A DNA stretch of 64,000 nucleotides from positions 8,184,001 through 8,248,000 of the forward strand of contig CM120649.1 of the NCBI GenBank assembly GCA_051362555.1, written 5' to 3'. This DNA is from Lingula anatina. Its lineage: Eukaryota > Animalia > Brachiopoda. The position numbers were made by a program, and so were the translations under genes. This document shows positions 50,397-63,894 of this stretch, one piece after another (position 1 is the stretch's first letter; each line of letters begins with the position of its first letter). The notes beneath the pieces are model-generated. The model saw nothing but the letters and a program-made list of their open reading frames with translations. It ran no database searches and was not told where the DNA came from.

Positions 50397-53300
50397 ATGA
50401 AGACCGTCATAGCAGTATTCAGCGTCTTGATCATTGTGGTTCCTGCTTTGTCCCAGCCTCCCCAGCCTTGCTGTTTACCGCCGCAATGGGAAGGAAATGT
50501 CGCTCAAAGCCAGGGACTGAACGTCGCAGGTCAGGGGCACAGGGCCGCGGTAAGATATTATATAGATTAAATATAAGAAATATTGTCTACGTATATTTTT
50601 TAATTTAAGATTAAAATTGACCCAGGTATTAAGAATCTCGCGGTTCCGCTTCGCTTGCTTGCATACTGCAGCTTTTATATTATGACGATGCCGTTCACTA
50701 AAGCCGGCGTCACAGAATGGTTCGAAAAAGAAGTCGGGTTATAATATTCCCATATAGGCCAGTAAACGAGCATATTTTCCCCATTGAGGTTGGAAAAAAT
50801 TGGTGACAAAGGTTTCTCAACTGATTCTGGTCCGTTGAAGGCCCAATATAACCCAAAAAATTTCCCCCATGAATCCCCCCATGGCAAAGTCCTGTTTTCA
50901 GCGAAAATCCAAAATGGCCGCCATTGAATGGGGTGGGTCACCATGAAGTCCATATCTTGGGAACACAATGTCACAAAAACATGTTTAAAGTATCAATTCC
51001 TACTAAGTGAGGGATCCCCAATCTTTTGCAACCACTTTCAAGGTCACAGGAGGTCAAGGTCATGACCTAATCACAAGATCTTTACATTTTGCGAGCAAAA
51101 AAATGACTTGATGTCCATATATTGGTAACCTAATGTCACAAAAACATATTTTAGTCTTATTATTGAATAATGCACTGCCAATCTTTTGCAAATTTATTCA
51201 GAGTCATTAGAGGTCAAGGTCAATTTCAAGGACACTGCATTTTTTGAGCAGAAAATTCCCATATTATCTAAACCTTAGTAATTGGATGTCACAGAAGCAT
51301 GTTTAAATATCATTTCCTACTAAGTGAGGTTCTGCGAATAATTTATAAATGCTTTCTAGGCCACCAGAGGTCAAGGTCATGACCTTATTTTCAAGGTCAT
51401 GGCATTTTTAGCTTGAACAAAATGCCATCATGTCTATATTTTGATAACCCTATGTCACAGAAACATGTTTAAAGTATCGATTCATACTAAGTTACATATT
51501 GCCGATCATTTGAAACTATTTCTAGGATCACCACCGGTCAGGGTCATATCCTAAGCTTATAACAAGGTTGTCACAACATTTAAGAAAAATTGATTTTACA
51601 CTAATCAAAAACAACACAGGTGATTGTTTAAAGAATATTTCATTACAGAAAAGGCATCGGCACTACTGCATAGTACTCATTTAAATCAATGACATTCGGT
51701 TTACAAGGCTTAAGGGTATACTGTACCCATTTCAAAATCACTAAGTGTTATACAGATATATGTTTAAATAAAGCTGTGTTTTACATTATACAGGAACTAA
51801 AAGTGAAAAAAAAAAAAACATCAAGTACCTGAACCTTGTGTGAATATCCCACTATATGTCAGAACTACATTGTTCAAAACTTCCTATTCTATTGCAGGGA
51901 GGAGTCGAGCAATGCTTTGTGCTTTTTTCCCCCCAAGATAAATTACATTTCTTCAAAAACTTCAGATACATGTGGGAGACCTTTAAAGCTTAATAACATG
52001 ATATAAACTTGTTTCATACTGGGCAAAGACAGCCTATTACACAATAACCATTGTAGCCTCACATAAGACATGTAAAAAAATGGAATATTCAAAATCTTAT
52101 TACAGCATTCTGTAATACTGCAATGGGGGAATTAATTCATTTGGGTACATAAATATTTAGCTAAAATATTATGGAATTAGAAATGAGGACATTTTATATT
52201 GGCCACAGGCTGGGGGGGGGGGAATATAACCAGGTGGAATGGCACCTTTTTATGGTATTTATCTTCTTGCCCAGAAGACAGGTTGCTACACCATTTGAAC
52301 ATCCGTAACCGTTTCTCTCTAGCTTTTAAAAACCATCAAATGCTGATTTCTCATTGATATACACTTCCAGTGCTTCTCTCGAATCTTCAAACTTACTAGC
52401 CACAAGTTTATCACAATTGCTAGCTGTGGGTCTCTATACTAACAGTAGGTCTACATGTTGTTGTGGCATAGCAGTGTTAGGTATGGGTCAAATAAAAGAG
52501 TCCCTTTCAGAGAAGAAATACATTTTCCTGGACAAATTCAAGGAGCAATTTGACTGCATGATAGACAGTGGTTAAAAGGCAAATGTGTCCTCTGCAGATA
52601 AGTTGGACTATTTACTTCAATGCAACTTGAGGATAAGGCAGTTTGCATTAATGCACAACATTCAATAAGCATTTATTACCACCTGATCAACTGATATTTG
52701 TTAGAAGGCTATTTCTACAAGATGAGCTTCAAACTGAAGGATACAAAGTTAGATCCTCGCCCACAGCTACAACTGTTTGTACGTCCCTTGTCCTTGGTGC
52801 TTTGACCATCAAATACAGGCCTGTAGCCAGTGGCATTCTGGGTAAAATGTTATCTAGGTACACAAATATTTCTAGGTCCACTTTTTCAGAAAAAGCCCCC
52901 CTCCCCCGTTTTGAGACTGCTAGCTTGTCACAATGACTGTCGAATGAGATGCAGCAAAGTAAACCAAGGATGATGGTGAGAGCCTGTAGCCAGTTTCCTA
53001 TCCTAACAGACCTGATAAAAACTTCCAGTTTGCGATCATGTCTCAGTACTAGTTCTATAATCTGACAGGAGCTGGCATGATATGAAAACATATAACTACT
53101 TTTGACACAGATGAGCACACTAAAAAAACAGCAGCTTCAAAGTTTGTCGACCAAAACATATTACACTTTCTAATAGAGAGTTCACTTGTGATGAACAAGT
53201 TCTCCTCAGCAAGTGGCCTGCTGCTTATTTCAGAATCCCACTGCAGGACCAAGAATTGGGATATTTAGGAAAACAGATGCTGAAATGACGCTCAAAAGGC

Positions 53301-55758
53301 ACCATCTACAAGTTTGTCTTCACACAAGACAAGTTACTAATTTTCCACTCAGCACATTAAAATTACCCAATTAACCCAAGTATCGGCTTGCGACAGCATG
53401 CTCAGTAGGCTTGGGAGAGGGTATAGCTTTTAGACCTCACCCATCCATGATGGAGCAGAGTCGGAGCTATAGGTATTGAATCAACCATTAAGAATCAACA
53501 CATTTTACCATTGGCAATTCAGTAATGGCTAGCCTTTGGTTGTCATAAAAGCAACCAAACAAAGATACTGATAAAATGGGCAAATAAATGTGTTTTATCC
53601 ACTATCTCCTCTCTACAACGGCACACAGATACTCCAAAGTAGATCATACATACAAAGGTGGGACAAGAAGGCTTTAGGTCAATCATTGGGCAGACAAGAA
53701 GAGAGCTTATGCCAGTAGTACCTGTATTAAAATGAAGTATTTACATCAAACAACAATGGGCTCAGGTCGCTCTTTAAAATGTAACATTTGTCATAAAGAA
53801 TGGAAATGCATATTTTGCTCTTAAACAATCTTATGTGTTGTACTTAGATCACCCTAGAATCAAATTTTCATTAAATTTCATGATGACCTTGCAATAAGGT
53901 CAAGCCTGTACCTCCTAGATTTTGGAAATAGTTGCAAATGATAAACAGGACCCCATTTACAAGGCATTATTAACACGCTAAACACGTTTCTGTAACATTT
54001 GGTAATTGAGAAATTATGGAATTTTGCTTGAAAATCTCACGACCTTGTAATTAGCGGTCATAACCTTAACCTCTGGTGGCCTTTAAATTAGTTGCAATTG
54101 ATTGTTGACTTCTCATTTAGTAGGAATTGATACATTAAATATGCATGTTTTAGTGACATACGGTTACCAAGTTATAGATAATATATAATTCACTTGGAAA
54201 ATACCATGCCCTTGAAATTTTTTCATAATCTTGGCCTCTGGTGACCTTGAAAATAGTTGCAAGTGTTTGGCAGTGTCCCACTTGGTTGATATTGTTTCTT
54301 ATAACATGTTTCTATGACAATGGGGGAACTGTCATAAAGATATTATTGGTTTTTTGCTCCAAAAATGCTTTGACCTTGTAATAAGGGCATGACCTTGACC
54401 TCCAGTGACCTTGAGACTAGTTGAAAAATATTTGGGAGCACTTACTTAGTAGGAGTTGATACTTAAAACATGTTTCTGTGACATTGGGAAACTGTCATAT
54501 AGACATTACGGGTTTTTTTCCTCCAAAAATACTTTGACCGTGTAATAAGGTCATGACCTTGACCTCCAGTGACCTTGAGACTAGTTGCAAAAGATTGGGG
54601 ATCACTCACTTAATAGGAGTTGATACTTAAAACATGTTTCTGTTACATTGGGAAACTGTCATATAGACATTATGGGTTTTTTCCTCCAAAAATGCCTTGA
54701 CCTTGTAATAAGGTCATGACCTTGACCTCCAGTGACCTTGAGACTAGTTGCAAAAGATTGGGGATCCCTCACTTAGTAGGAGTTGATACTTAAAACATGT
54801 TTCTGTGACATTGGGTTCCCAAGTTATGGATTTCAATTCCACCCACCCCATTCAATAGCGGCCATTTTGGATTTTTGTGGAAAATGATACTTTGCCATGG
54901 GGGGATTCATGGGGGAAATTTTTTGGGCTATATTGGGCCTTCAACGGACCAGAATCAGTTGAGAAACCTTTGTCACCAATTTTTTCCAACCTAAGTTGTT
55001 TATTGACTGGCCTAATATGATTAGGGGGTTTAACTGAATTGCGCAATACAGCGCAACACAGCGCAATACACTTGAAAAAACAAGTCCAGTTGCAATTACA
55101 GAAAAGAAACGGTCATTGCCAGCAAAGTACGGTGATATAAAAGCCAACTGTATTACTAGGGAATTAATATTGTTGATAAATCTGTGCTGTTTTGCACTGT
55201 ACTGTGCAATTCAGCTATACCGTATGATTAGTAAGGGATAGGGTTATTGGAATATTGGGGTCAGTATATGGTCAAATGTCACCTGTACAAAGTAATGAGA
55301 AGTGGACTAAGTACGGTTCCTTGCAGACCTCCATTCCTGTTACACTACTGTGACAGGAATGGTAGCCTACGATGGAATTCTAGGATCATAAGGGGGGGGG
55401 GGGGGGGGGGGGGGGGGGCAGGGGCGGGGGGGGGGGCGTGGGGGCGAGAGGCTTCAAGGTGCTTACCATAGTTAAATGCCCAACTTTTCAAATTATACAG
55501 CAAGTATAAAGGTTCTGTCTGAGGGGTTGTAAACAAAATAACAATAATATATTAAAGAACTGTTAATTCTGCTATCAATTAACATTTTTTAATCTCAAAT
55601 TTATTTGATATATGTATCAGTTCATTAAAAATCGGTTTTCCAATATACATATATACTTAATTTGTACATATTTAGTAAATTACTGTATATACCATTTAAT
55701 TATTCAAACTTATTTATTCTGCACTGTACTATAATATTAAGAGGGGTCCAAATATAAG

Positions 55759-55812
<54 letters not shown>

Positions 55813-57739
55813 CAAGAATGTTAATAACTTAGCTTCCTCTCTCCATTTTATTTTTAAAAAAGCCCTACGGCCTCAGGGCCGAAACGGCCGTAGGGCTTTT
55901 TTTTTAATAAAATGAAGAGAGGAAGCTAAGTTATTCACATTCTTGATTATACCAGCTCCCCACGGGCTGCCGCCATGGGTGGAGCACTTTTTCATGGTGT
56001 TTTGACTTATTTCTCCGAGATATATATATATATATATATAGCAAAATATATTCAAGTCATATTATTACTTTAATAATTATTAATATCATACCATTTTTTT
56101 TTTTCAATTTTCAGCAAATCATGAAGCTGTCCTTTGACGCTAATCTTAAAAAAGTGGCTGCTAGTGGTCAGTGGTACTATGACCAACAGGAGGGAACTTT
56201 CCAAGTGCTACAGGATTTTAAAGCGGTAATTATTTAAGACAGATCTTTACTACAATATTATACCAGTAACAGCATGGTTACAGATCAAGTTTAAGTTTAT
56301 CATTTTGATTGTTAAAAAAAGTGAATTGTTTGCTAAGAAATTACAAATGCTTTTGCTTATGAAGCATAAGGTTTGTTCCTTCATCAAAAGGATCAAATTA
56401 CCACTGAATCCTTATAGTTTTTGACAAGTTATGTATGTGATCAAAGTTTTGGGCTGTTAGGCATGTCTGTTACATGTGGGTACAACTAAAAATTATTTTT
56501 TCTGTTTAATATTATTGAGTTAGACAGTCTCTTTTCTTAACTACCGTCATATATAGAGACGATGAACCTATTTCTGATTATTCTATTTTTTTAATGATCA
56601 TCGTATGTATAGTTCATTTCCATGCATGCAATGGACCCAGTATTTGTAACTGATAATTATGATCATTTTTATTTTTACTGTATACCTAAACATACTAAGG
56701 GGTAGTGCAATGAAATATTCAAGAAATAAAAATGAAAAAAAAAAATTGCACACGTACCCTTATTTGAGGACATTAAAATATTTACCAACATTTTTGGTAA
56801 CTTCACATAATGTACATACGTGTTAACATTAATGTGTTATCCAACCTAAAAGCGAACAATGGTGTTCATATTCCAAGCCTGTTTGTTACTTCTATTTGTT
56901 GCTAAATTTGCGCGGTTCCAGACACCTTGAAAATACTACTTTACCTCTTTAGACTTTACACAATGATTTTTAGGGAATTACGAACTATAAACAAGGACAT
57001 CCGTTTACATGAAGTTACCCAAAATGCTAGTGAATATTTTTAAAAGTGTCCCGGACACCTTGTTGTTGTATATACAGACTTATTTTCAAAAACCTCATCT
57101 TAAAAATTTTCTTTCAGGGGGTACAATACCAGATCACCAATGGTGGGCCATGTGTCAAGAGCAAGTTGACACAACAATGGATGGGCTGCATCCCTAGTAT
57201 GTATAACCTTTACCTTTGACCCTGACCTTTGGCCTAAATCTGTGCTCTATTTTGAATTATTAAAGAAATATGCGGCATTTGGGACTCTTACATATTTATT
57301 TCAATACACAATTTTTCATAAGTCTACTAACTAAAATGTTATAGAAGCATTAATTGTCATTTATTTAAAATAAGATATAATCTTTTCATGGTTCATTATT
57401 GTGGAACATCTGATTTATCTAATAATTTAATTATAATTTATATTAATATTTTCTCTCAGTAAAGGAAATCAATGGTGGAGAAGTATTTGTTAACAAAATA
57501 TTCTTTCAACAGTTTTCCATCTTTGCAAAATTAGTCAAATAATCATTTGTATGTTTTAATCACAGAGACTTCCAAATTTATGGGCAGTGCTGTGTTGGGA
57601 CTTGGCAACGATAGCATTAAAGTCAACAACTGGGCCATCTTTGTGAACTCCAGCTCTCTCATGGGGACGTCCTACTCACAAGTCACTGCCAAAGACTGTG
57701 TTCCCATTGGCAGCACATTACAGGGATCAGCTAAAGGAG
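50397..57739 (+). CDS. Ependymin-related protein, copy 2 (partial); exons 50397-50549, 56115-56225, 57118-57196, 57566-57739; terminal exon not found in window
   Basis: Exon-by-exon paralog of copy 1. Exons 2-4 have identical lengths (111, 79, 174 nt), the frame is open and the splice sites are intact. Confidence 0.9.
50755..55014 (-). mobile_element. Academ-type DNA transposon (degenerate, 4260 bp) in intron 1 of EPDR copy 2
   Basis: Long (~300 bp) TIRs starting TAGGCCAGT and ending ACTGGCCTA, with 3-bp TSD ATA. The empty site CCCATATGATTA is present in copy 1 (~43143-43154). Subterminal ~163-bp tandem repeats (54388, 54552, 54715). Decayed transposase-like peptides on - (PMIDLKPS.., Cys-rich GYGCSNG..C). 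Confidence 0.88.
55031..55217. mobile_element. Small MITE next to the Academ right end
   Basis: TIR TAACTGAATTGCGCAATACAGCGCAA vs TAGCTGAATTGCACAGTACAGTGCAA; not present in copy 1. Confidence 0.6.
55807..56040 (+). mobile_element. Penelope-like retroelement pLTR fragment with 5' inversion and partial hammerhead ribozyme, embedded in (TA)n
   Basis: ~65-bp inverted arms (55807-55872 / 55886-55951) around GGCCTCAGGGCC-GAAAC-GGCC-GTA; (TA)n on both sides; absent from copy 1 (GGTGATATATCAAAA at ~43821). Confidence 0.7.
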
Positions 57740-59579
57740 GTAGGGCAGCATTATCATTGATAACCCTGAGAATGCCAGTCAGAGCCTAATGTGAAAGTGG
57801 TGCTTTTTGGGAGAGAAGACTGTGGTGCATTTGACATAGGGTGTTATATTGTCTTCCCCTCCCCTCCCCTCACCCCCCCCCCCCCCCCCAAAAAAAAAAA
57901 AAAATAGGGTAGGGGTGATCCATGCTCAAAATCACTTGGCCCCATGTTAGCCTTCTTTGTCCTTATCACTGAATAATTAAAAGGACACAAAAGAGGATTT
58001 TCGCGCCAAAATTGATTTATCCTGATTTATCCCGAGGTTAACACTACTTTTCCGCGATTTACCAACCTTTAATCTATCATTCCCGGCACTCGCCATCGCT
58101 CTGTAACATTTTTGGAAAATACAATAAAAAGAAAAGCGGAGGTTTACCAACAACCACCTCCATTTTCATAATTGAGCTCTCTAGACTTCCGGATCTCACG
58201 AGATTCTCGTATTGCGACCTAGTTAAAACCAGTTCAAGCTGCCGGGAAAGGACAACGTGAAACAGGAGGCTCAGTCATGCTGGGAGTCCTTCGAAGAAGC
58301 AAAGACAGATAACAAAAAGAAAAAAGAAACAGCCTTTACAAAAAACATGCGTAAAACAGTGTATCAGCAAATGTACGACAGGCAAACAATAAACACCGGC
58401 GAGGAAGAAGGCAGATGAAAACCTGCTTGGGTGGCCAATGGCCTGGCCGCGAAGTATTTACTGGATTTGTGAGTACCATTTACAATAATCTTTGAGATAA
58501 GACACCAGTAAAAATATTTATTAAGCACAGAGATTTATGTTTATTTACGTGTGTTCGTTGTATATCTTAACGATTGTCAGGCTTGTCTATCAAAATATGC
58601 CATGAAATTGTAACTAATATGAGTGGTATCGATGACAGAAATTGCAAGTGTTGCTCATATGTCGACTCTGACAGGGTTTGGGTTAGTTTATAGAGCAAAG
58701 AAAGTTTAAATGAAAACGGACATGGTGGGAGATACTAGTCTCATTACATATACATTACAGTGACCAGGGCGAATTTTTGACTTACCGAGGGCACATTTCT
58801 TGTGCCTCTAACATCTAGGCATACCACAGTTATTAAGACATATGACAAAGATGCTATTTCTTTAGGCATCTAAATCCCAAAATGAATGTGCAGAAGCTGT
58901 TATTGTATCTAAGTTTAACCCAATGTTAAATGGCATGTCAACTATAAGTGAAAATAAATAGTAGTATTTTGATTTTATATTTTAAAGACAATTTGTCTCC
59001 TTTTTACATTAAAAATAAATAAATCAGAAAGGGGATATTGCATGTTTATGTTTGGTACATCTCTCTAATGTATTAAATAGTCCAGAGTAATAATTTAGAT
59101 CATACAATTTTAACTTCCAACCAGTATTTCGGAGATTAAACCAATATGAAGTGATCAAGAAACTTCAAAATTAAGTTGTAGTTAATACTAGTGCAGTTGA
59201 AGATGACAGTCTAGATAATTTAAGGAATCATATTGAGAAAAATGGCATTTATACTTATTTCAGTTGAGTTTTATACTTATTTCAGTTATGTTTTTACATA
59301 ATTTTTCTCAAACTCGATTATCTTATTTTATGTACTTTTGTTTTTTTTTTTTTTGGTTGCAGTATCAAGGTAACTTTTTCCTATGGTATGCCTGAACTGG
59401 AAGAAGTGCAGATGGAAGAGGAGGAAGATGCTGAAGAAGAGGGAATTAAAGGATCCTGATGATCCAACATGGGACTAAAACATGTCTTTAGAGTAAGCAG
59501 AATTTTAATAAGCTGATATTCACTCCTCATATATTAGGCATATAGGTGCATGATTTCTCTTTTATCAATTTTTTTTCCA

Positions 59580-60182
59580 AATTGGCGCCACATAATGTAA
59601 ACATAATGCAAGACTCTATTTCCTCCGTCAACTGAAACGAGCTAAGCTTTACCAAAGTATTGTGCACTCAATTCTAGAATATGCCTGCCCTGTGTGGCAT
59701 CCAGGACTAACTATAGAGCAATGCAAACTCTAAGAGACTGACCAAACTCGTGCTTTGAAGATTATTTTCCCTGACCTATACTATGATGAAACCCTGAACC
59801 TGGCATATGTGTACTTTAGATAAACGAAGAGATCTGTGCAAAACTTTCTTTTACAAAATAACTGAATCCTCTGACAAACTGAATCACATCTTTATTGATC
59901 AATCCAATCGTCTTTTAAGATCAAACAATAGTAACAAAGTGCCACAATTTAAGACCGACAGATTCTGATGCTCTTTTATTCCGTATGCACTTTTAAATTT
60001 CCAATAGTATTATGTTGTCTTTTATCCTAAGTACAATAATTTTAAAGTTCAATTAGCAGTCTTTTAACTCAGTTTTATTCAAGCAAATATTCACTTTATT
60101 TTCATTATAATTTTTTTAACACTATGTACAACTTCAACCCACTGGGTTGCAATCTTAATAAATTATTATTATTATTATTATT
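59580..60182 (+). mobile_element. 3' fragment of an L2/Crack/Daphne-group LINE nested in the Kolobok element
   Basis: Decayed post-RT peptide RLYFLRQLKRAKLYQSIVHSILEYACPVWHPGLT..RALKIIFPDLYYDETL; ends in AATAAA + (ATT)n tail. Confidence 0.9.
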
Positions 60183-61344
60183 TTGATTTGCTTTTTTAGA
60201 CCTAAAGGTTATGAGCAACTGCCAGTATGATGTCCTGAAGAAGAGTTTTTTACATGGAAGAGGAACTCCATGGCTCTCCACCGAAAAAAGATGAACTTTT
60301 CTTGAGGGTCCAAAGCAGGGACGAGTTGGATAGTGAGAGACTTTTCCTGACTTTCGAGTGCTGCTTACAGGATATATTCAGTGAACTCATCTTGCCAATG
60401 TGACAAAGCATAATCTGCCGACTTCAAACCATCTAGCACTTACATGTATGCTATAATGCAGACAGATTGGAAATCAAGGTGGTCTTTCCTCCCAAACCTA
60501 AGTCATATGCCTGATATTGAGAATAAACCATTTTGGTCCAGCATTTACTTCTTAAATCTAAATGACATCAAATGTATTATGGAATATGGTACTGGTGGCA
60601 TATTGTGATTACAACTTGATTTTAAACCAGTGTGATGTTAGATTTTGTAAGATCACCAGTTGCAGTTTTGTGACTTTGTTACAGCATAAAATTCTGTATT
60701 TGGCAAATGACTGCATGTCATTTCTTTTAAGACCTACAAAAATGGTTTGAGTGAACACTTGTGCCTGTATTCAATTCTCCACTCAGCCATTATTTAGAAT
60801 TCATGCAGGGAAGCTATGCCTGTATTTTTTAAAGAAATATTTATACCTTTCTATTTATTCCCTGCACATCTTGGAAAAGTATGTGTGAATATCTTACTGA
60901 TGAAACAATTTATGTTTGTGTAAGTTGGGTTGGTCCTTTCTTATGACACATCCCTTTGCATGGAGACAGCTCACATGAGTCAATACACTGACAGAGAGGG
61001 GGATAATTTGTTGATCTGCAATCCTCATGGGTCTGCATGTACATCAGACTCTTAACATGATAGCCTGGCTATTAATAAGTCTCTCTCAAAAATGTTATCA
61101 TACTATAATGTGTACTGCACAATGTGAAAGTTTGTGAATGCTTGAATAGAAGGCTTATTTATGAAGATGGCATTAATGAGTATGAAAATAATTATGCATT
61201 CTAGCTTACAGAATCTGTGTATGTCTTATTCATTACATGTGACAGGTAATAATAAAGATGATTTGGCCAAATTCCAAACTTATGTAGCAAACTTTGTTTA
61301 TTCTTGTATTTTTGCCAAATATAAATAAAAGATGTTTCAATATT

Positions 61345-61845
61345 TAAACTTTTATTTCATTCATAATCTCTACCCAGTTGATGCTTCATTGATACTGCAG
61401 CTTATGCTTTGTACATAACAATATGTTAATTAATAATAACAGTTGGATAGTACATGTTAATTTACTAAAGGGCTAGTTCTTAGAAAAACATGTTCGACAT
61501 TAAAATATATTCTAAAAAAGTTTTCAAGTATTGCATTAGAATTGAATCTTTGGATGTATTTGACAAAATTATAAAATTATTGAAGAGTTGACAATGCACA
61601 GAAAATAAAGGCCTTGAGGCTCTCGCTGATCTCAGTCTTGTCACTTTAAATACATGTACATGGGCATTATAATATAAAACTGTTCACTCGGTTTTGGTAA
61701 AAGGTGGTGGATCATGTGGTCATCGCTGCAAATTTTTTGTAGCAGTCTTTTACACAACTTGTCACACCGACATGGAAGTGATGCAGTATTGTAAGATTGG
61801 AGTGCTTCCTGTTATGAGTTTTCCAGACATAACTTGAGGCACTGT
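61345..61845 (-). mobile_element. Second, older LINE 3' fragment of the same group, opposite orientation
   Basis: Minus-strand peptide QCLKLCLENS*QEALQSYNTASLPCRCDKLCKRLLQKICSDDHMIHHLLPKP; AATAAA near 61351. Confidence 0.65.
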
Positions 61846-63894
61846 ATTAGTAAAATTACATAAAATGGTTATAAAGAAAAAAATGTATTGATATTATCAT
61901 AACAGCACTATTCTTTAACAAAAATCAACAAATTAGAGGGCATGATCACTACATGATAACCAGCTTATTATAAAGAAGCAAGTCTGATTATGGCAAAAAA
62001 AAAAAAAAAATTAAATTTAAATATCTGCAGCTGCATTAAATCATAAAGGCCACAAGAAGAAATAACATAATCACACATGGTTTCAAAGAACTGATGTAAA
62101 AAAATCACACTAATATTCCCCACTTGGAATTAGAATTTTGACTAGCTAATTTACTACAGTAAAGTGCTAAACCGTACCAAATGGCACTGTTCACCCTCTA
62201 AAATACCAAAGTTTTAAGCAGGCCCAGGACCCCACGCCAACTAGGGGGGGTGGGCTTTGCATCCGCGGACCCCCCCCCCTCCTTTCAAATAATCCTGGAT
62301 CCGCCCATGTTATACTGCTAAAATTATTAACATACCTGATCTCTTCACTCGTGCTTGAAGGGGTGTATCACCCAATTCCTCCTCTGAAAGGCTAAAAAAT
62401 CATTCCTTATAATCATATTCATTGACAATATTATTAAATTTACAAATAAGCTAACGTAGTTACGTGCCGTACAAAGAACACCCTCTAACCCCACTAGTAC
62501 TCGAGTTACATTGTATATCTCATGGGATTCCCCTGCGAGAATATGGTGTGAGGTTAGTCTGTAAGTACTGGTAGATGACCACATTGAGCAGAAAAGGGTA
62601 TTCCTCCTGCTTTACAGAACTATACACCTCAGGGGTAAAGTGCACTATCTCGCTTCATATACAATGTAACTAGTAGTACGTACCCAGTCCAGTGCGAGTG
62701 ATTTGGCTGCGAGTGCGTTACCCGAGGAAACGTTAATTATTAGCAGTTATCTACGCTTTTTAACTTCCTCTGCCAGAGATTTTGATTTCCACTGCCATCT
62801 TCCCATTTTAAAGTACTTTTGGTAAATATAACTCGCTTACCTGCAAAGATTCGGTGAGCAATTCCTCTTCTCCTTCACGTCCACGCTCACCTTCGAAACG
62901 ACATGCTGTCTGCATTGTTTACATTTCGTATCTGAGTCGAGAAGCCGCGTTATTTCAAACTGTGTCAAGATGGCTGACGCCCGGGGTTCGAAAGTGGACG
63001 GTGAATATGATTTTTTTTTCGATATTGATTAAGGCCATTTACCTGCCATTTTATGCTTTACCCATAGCAATTGTTCTCAGATAAGTTAAAAAAGAAGCAA
63101 TCCATGCACTAAAAAGGCGTTTTTAATCCTATTTTTTGTCCCTTTAACACAGGTTTTGTTTGTAAGGGTTTCACTGTTGTTTCTACTGAATATTTTTTGT
63201 TAATTTTTAATTTTACTATAAATATGCTGCCCAGAGTGCAAGTTTGTTGTAGGTCATTCCACAGGAAAATAAACATTTGAATCAAAGTGACAAAAACATT
63301 TTGTGTACTCTTTGCTTAATTTTGACTTGCCTCATTTCTCTGTACAACATAACCTTCCAATTAAAGGAAAAAATCAATAGTAAATGAAAAATGGTGTAAA
63401 CCAGTTGTGAAGTAAGATAATGGAGTTGTTGCTGACATGACAAAACTGTTCACTTCCCTTTAGCCAGAAATGACCCTTACATGCAATGTAATCTGCTTAT
63501 AGGACCTAGTGTCAGGAAAGAAAGTCTTTAAGATTTATGTGGAAGTCCTTCATCATTTTTTTTTTTTTCATTTTTTTTTTCATTTTTATGGAAACATGCC
63601 CCCCCCCCCCTCCCGGCCCGCGTAGTAGCTGTGCACCCTCAGTGTTTTCATTTTTTTTTTTTTTTTGCAAAAGCCAGGGCTAGACACTAACAGGAGGTCA
63701 TAATTTTGATCTGATCAATTTAGGATGCAACTTGTCCAACAAAACCAATAATTTGATCCATTCATACCTCTCAGTGAACTTTGTAAGTTAATACATGTCG
63801 CCATACTTGTAATGTATTTATTACCAAGATGCTCAATCAAATGAGTCGGAGAAATGCACCCTAAGTGGATTAATCATATAAAAAGTCTGAACTC

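Larger units (their letters stand above)
41135..57980 (+). repeat. Tandem segmental duplication: unit 1 ~41135-47488, unit 2 from ~47489
   Basis: TTATCCCAAAAGATCAAAATGGTGTAAAAAGTGTCATAA at ~41135 and ~47490. Collinear similarity continues (41770/49093, 42545/50117, EPDR exons and introns) until ~45525/57975. Confidence 0.92.
57981..63143 (+). mobile_element. Kolobok-type DNA transposon (degenerate, ~5.2 kb) after exon 4 of EPDR copy 2
   Basis: TTAA on both sides; TIR AAGGACACAAAAGAGGATT vs AGGGACAAAAAATAGGATT (16/19). Decayed exons resemble Kolobok transposase N-terminal motifs as I recall them: QTINTGEEEGR*..AAKYLLDL|gtgagt, acidic stretch + DPDDPTW, ERLFLTFECCLQDIF and FSTQPLFRIHAGKL. Confidence 0.8.

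Noticed and set aside
63464-63531. Possible substitute last exon for EPDR copy 2 (ARNDPYMQCNLLIGPSVRKESL*)
   Set aside because: In phase but with no real similarity to exon 5; short frames after an AG are common.
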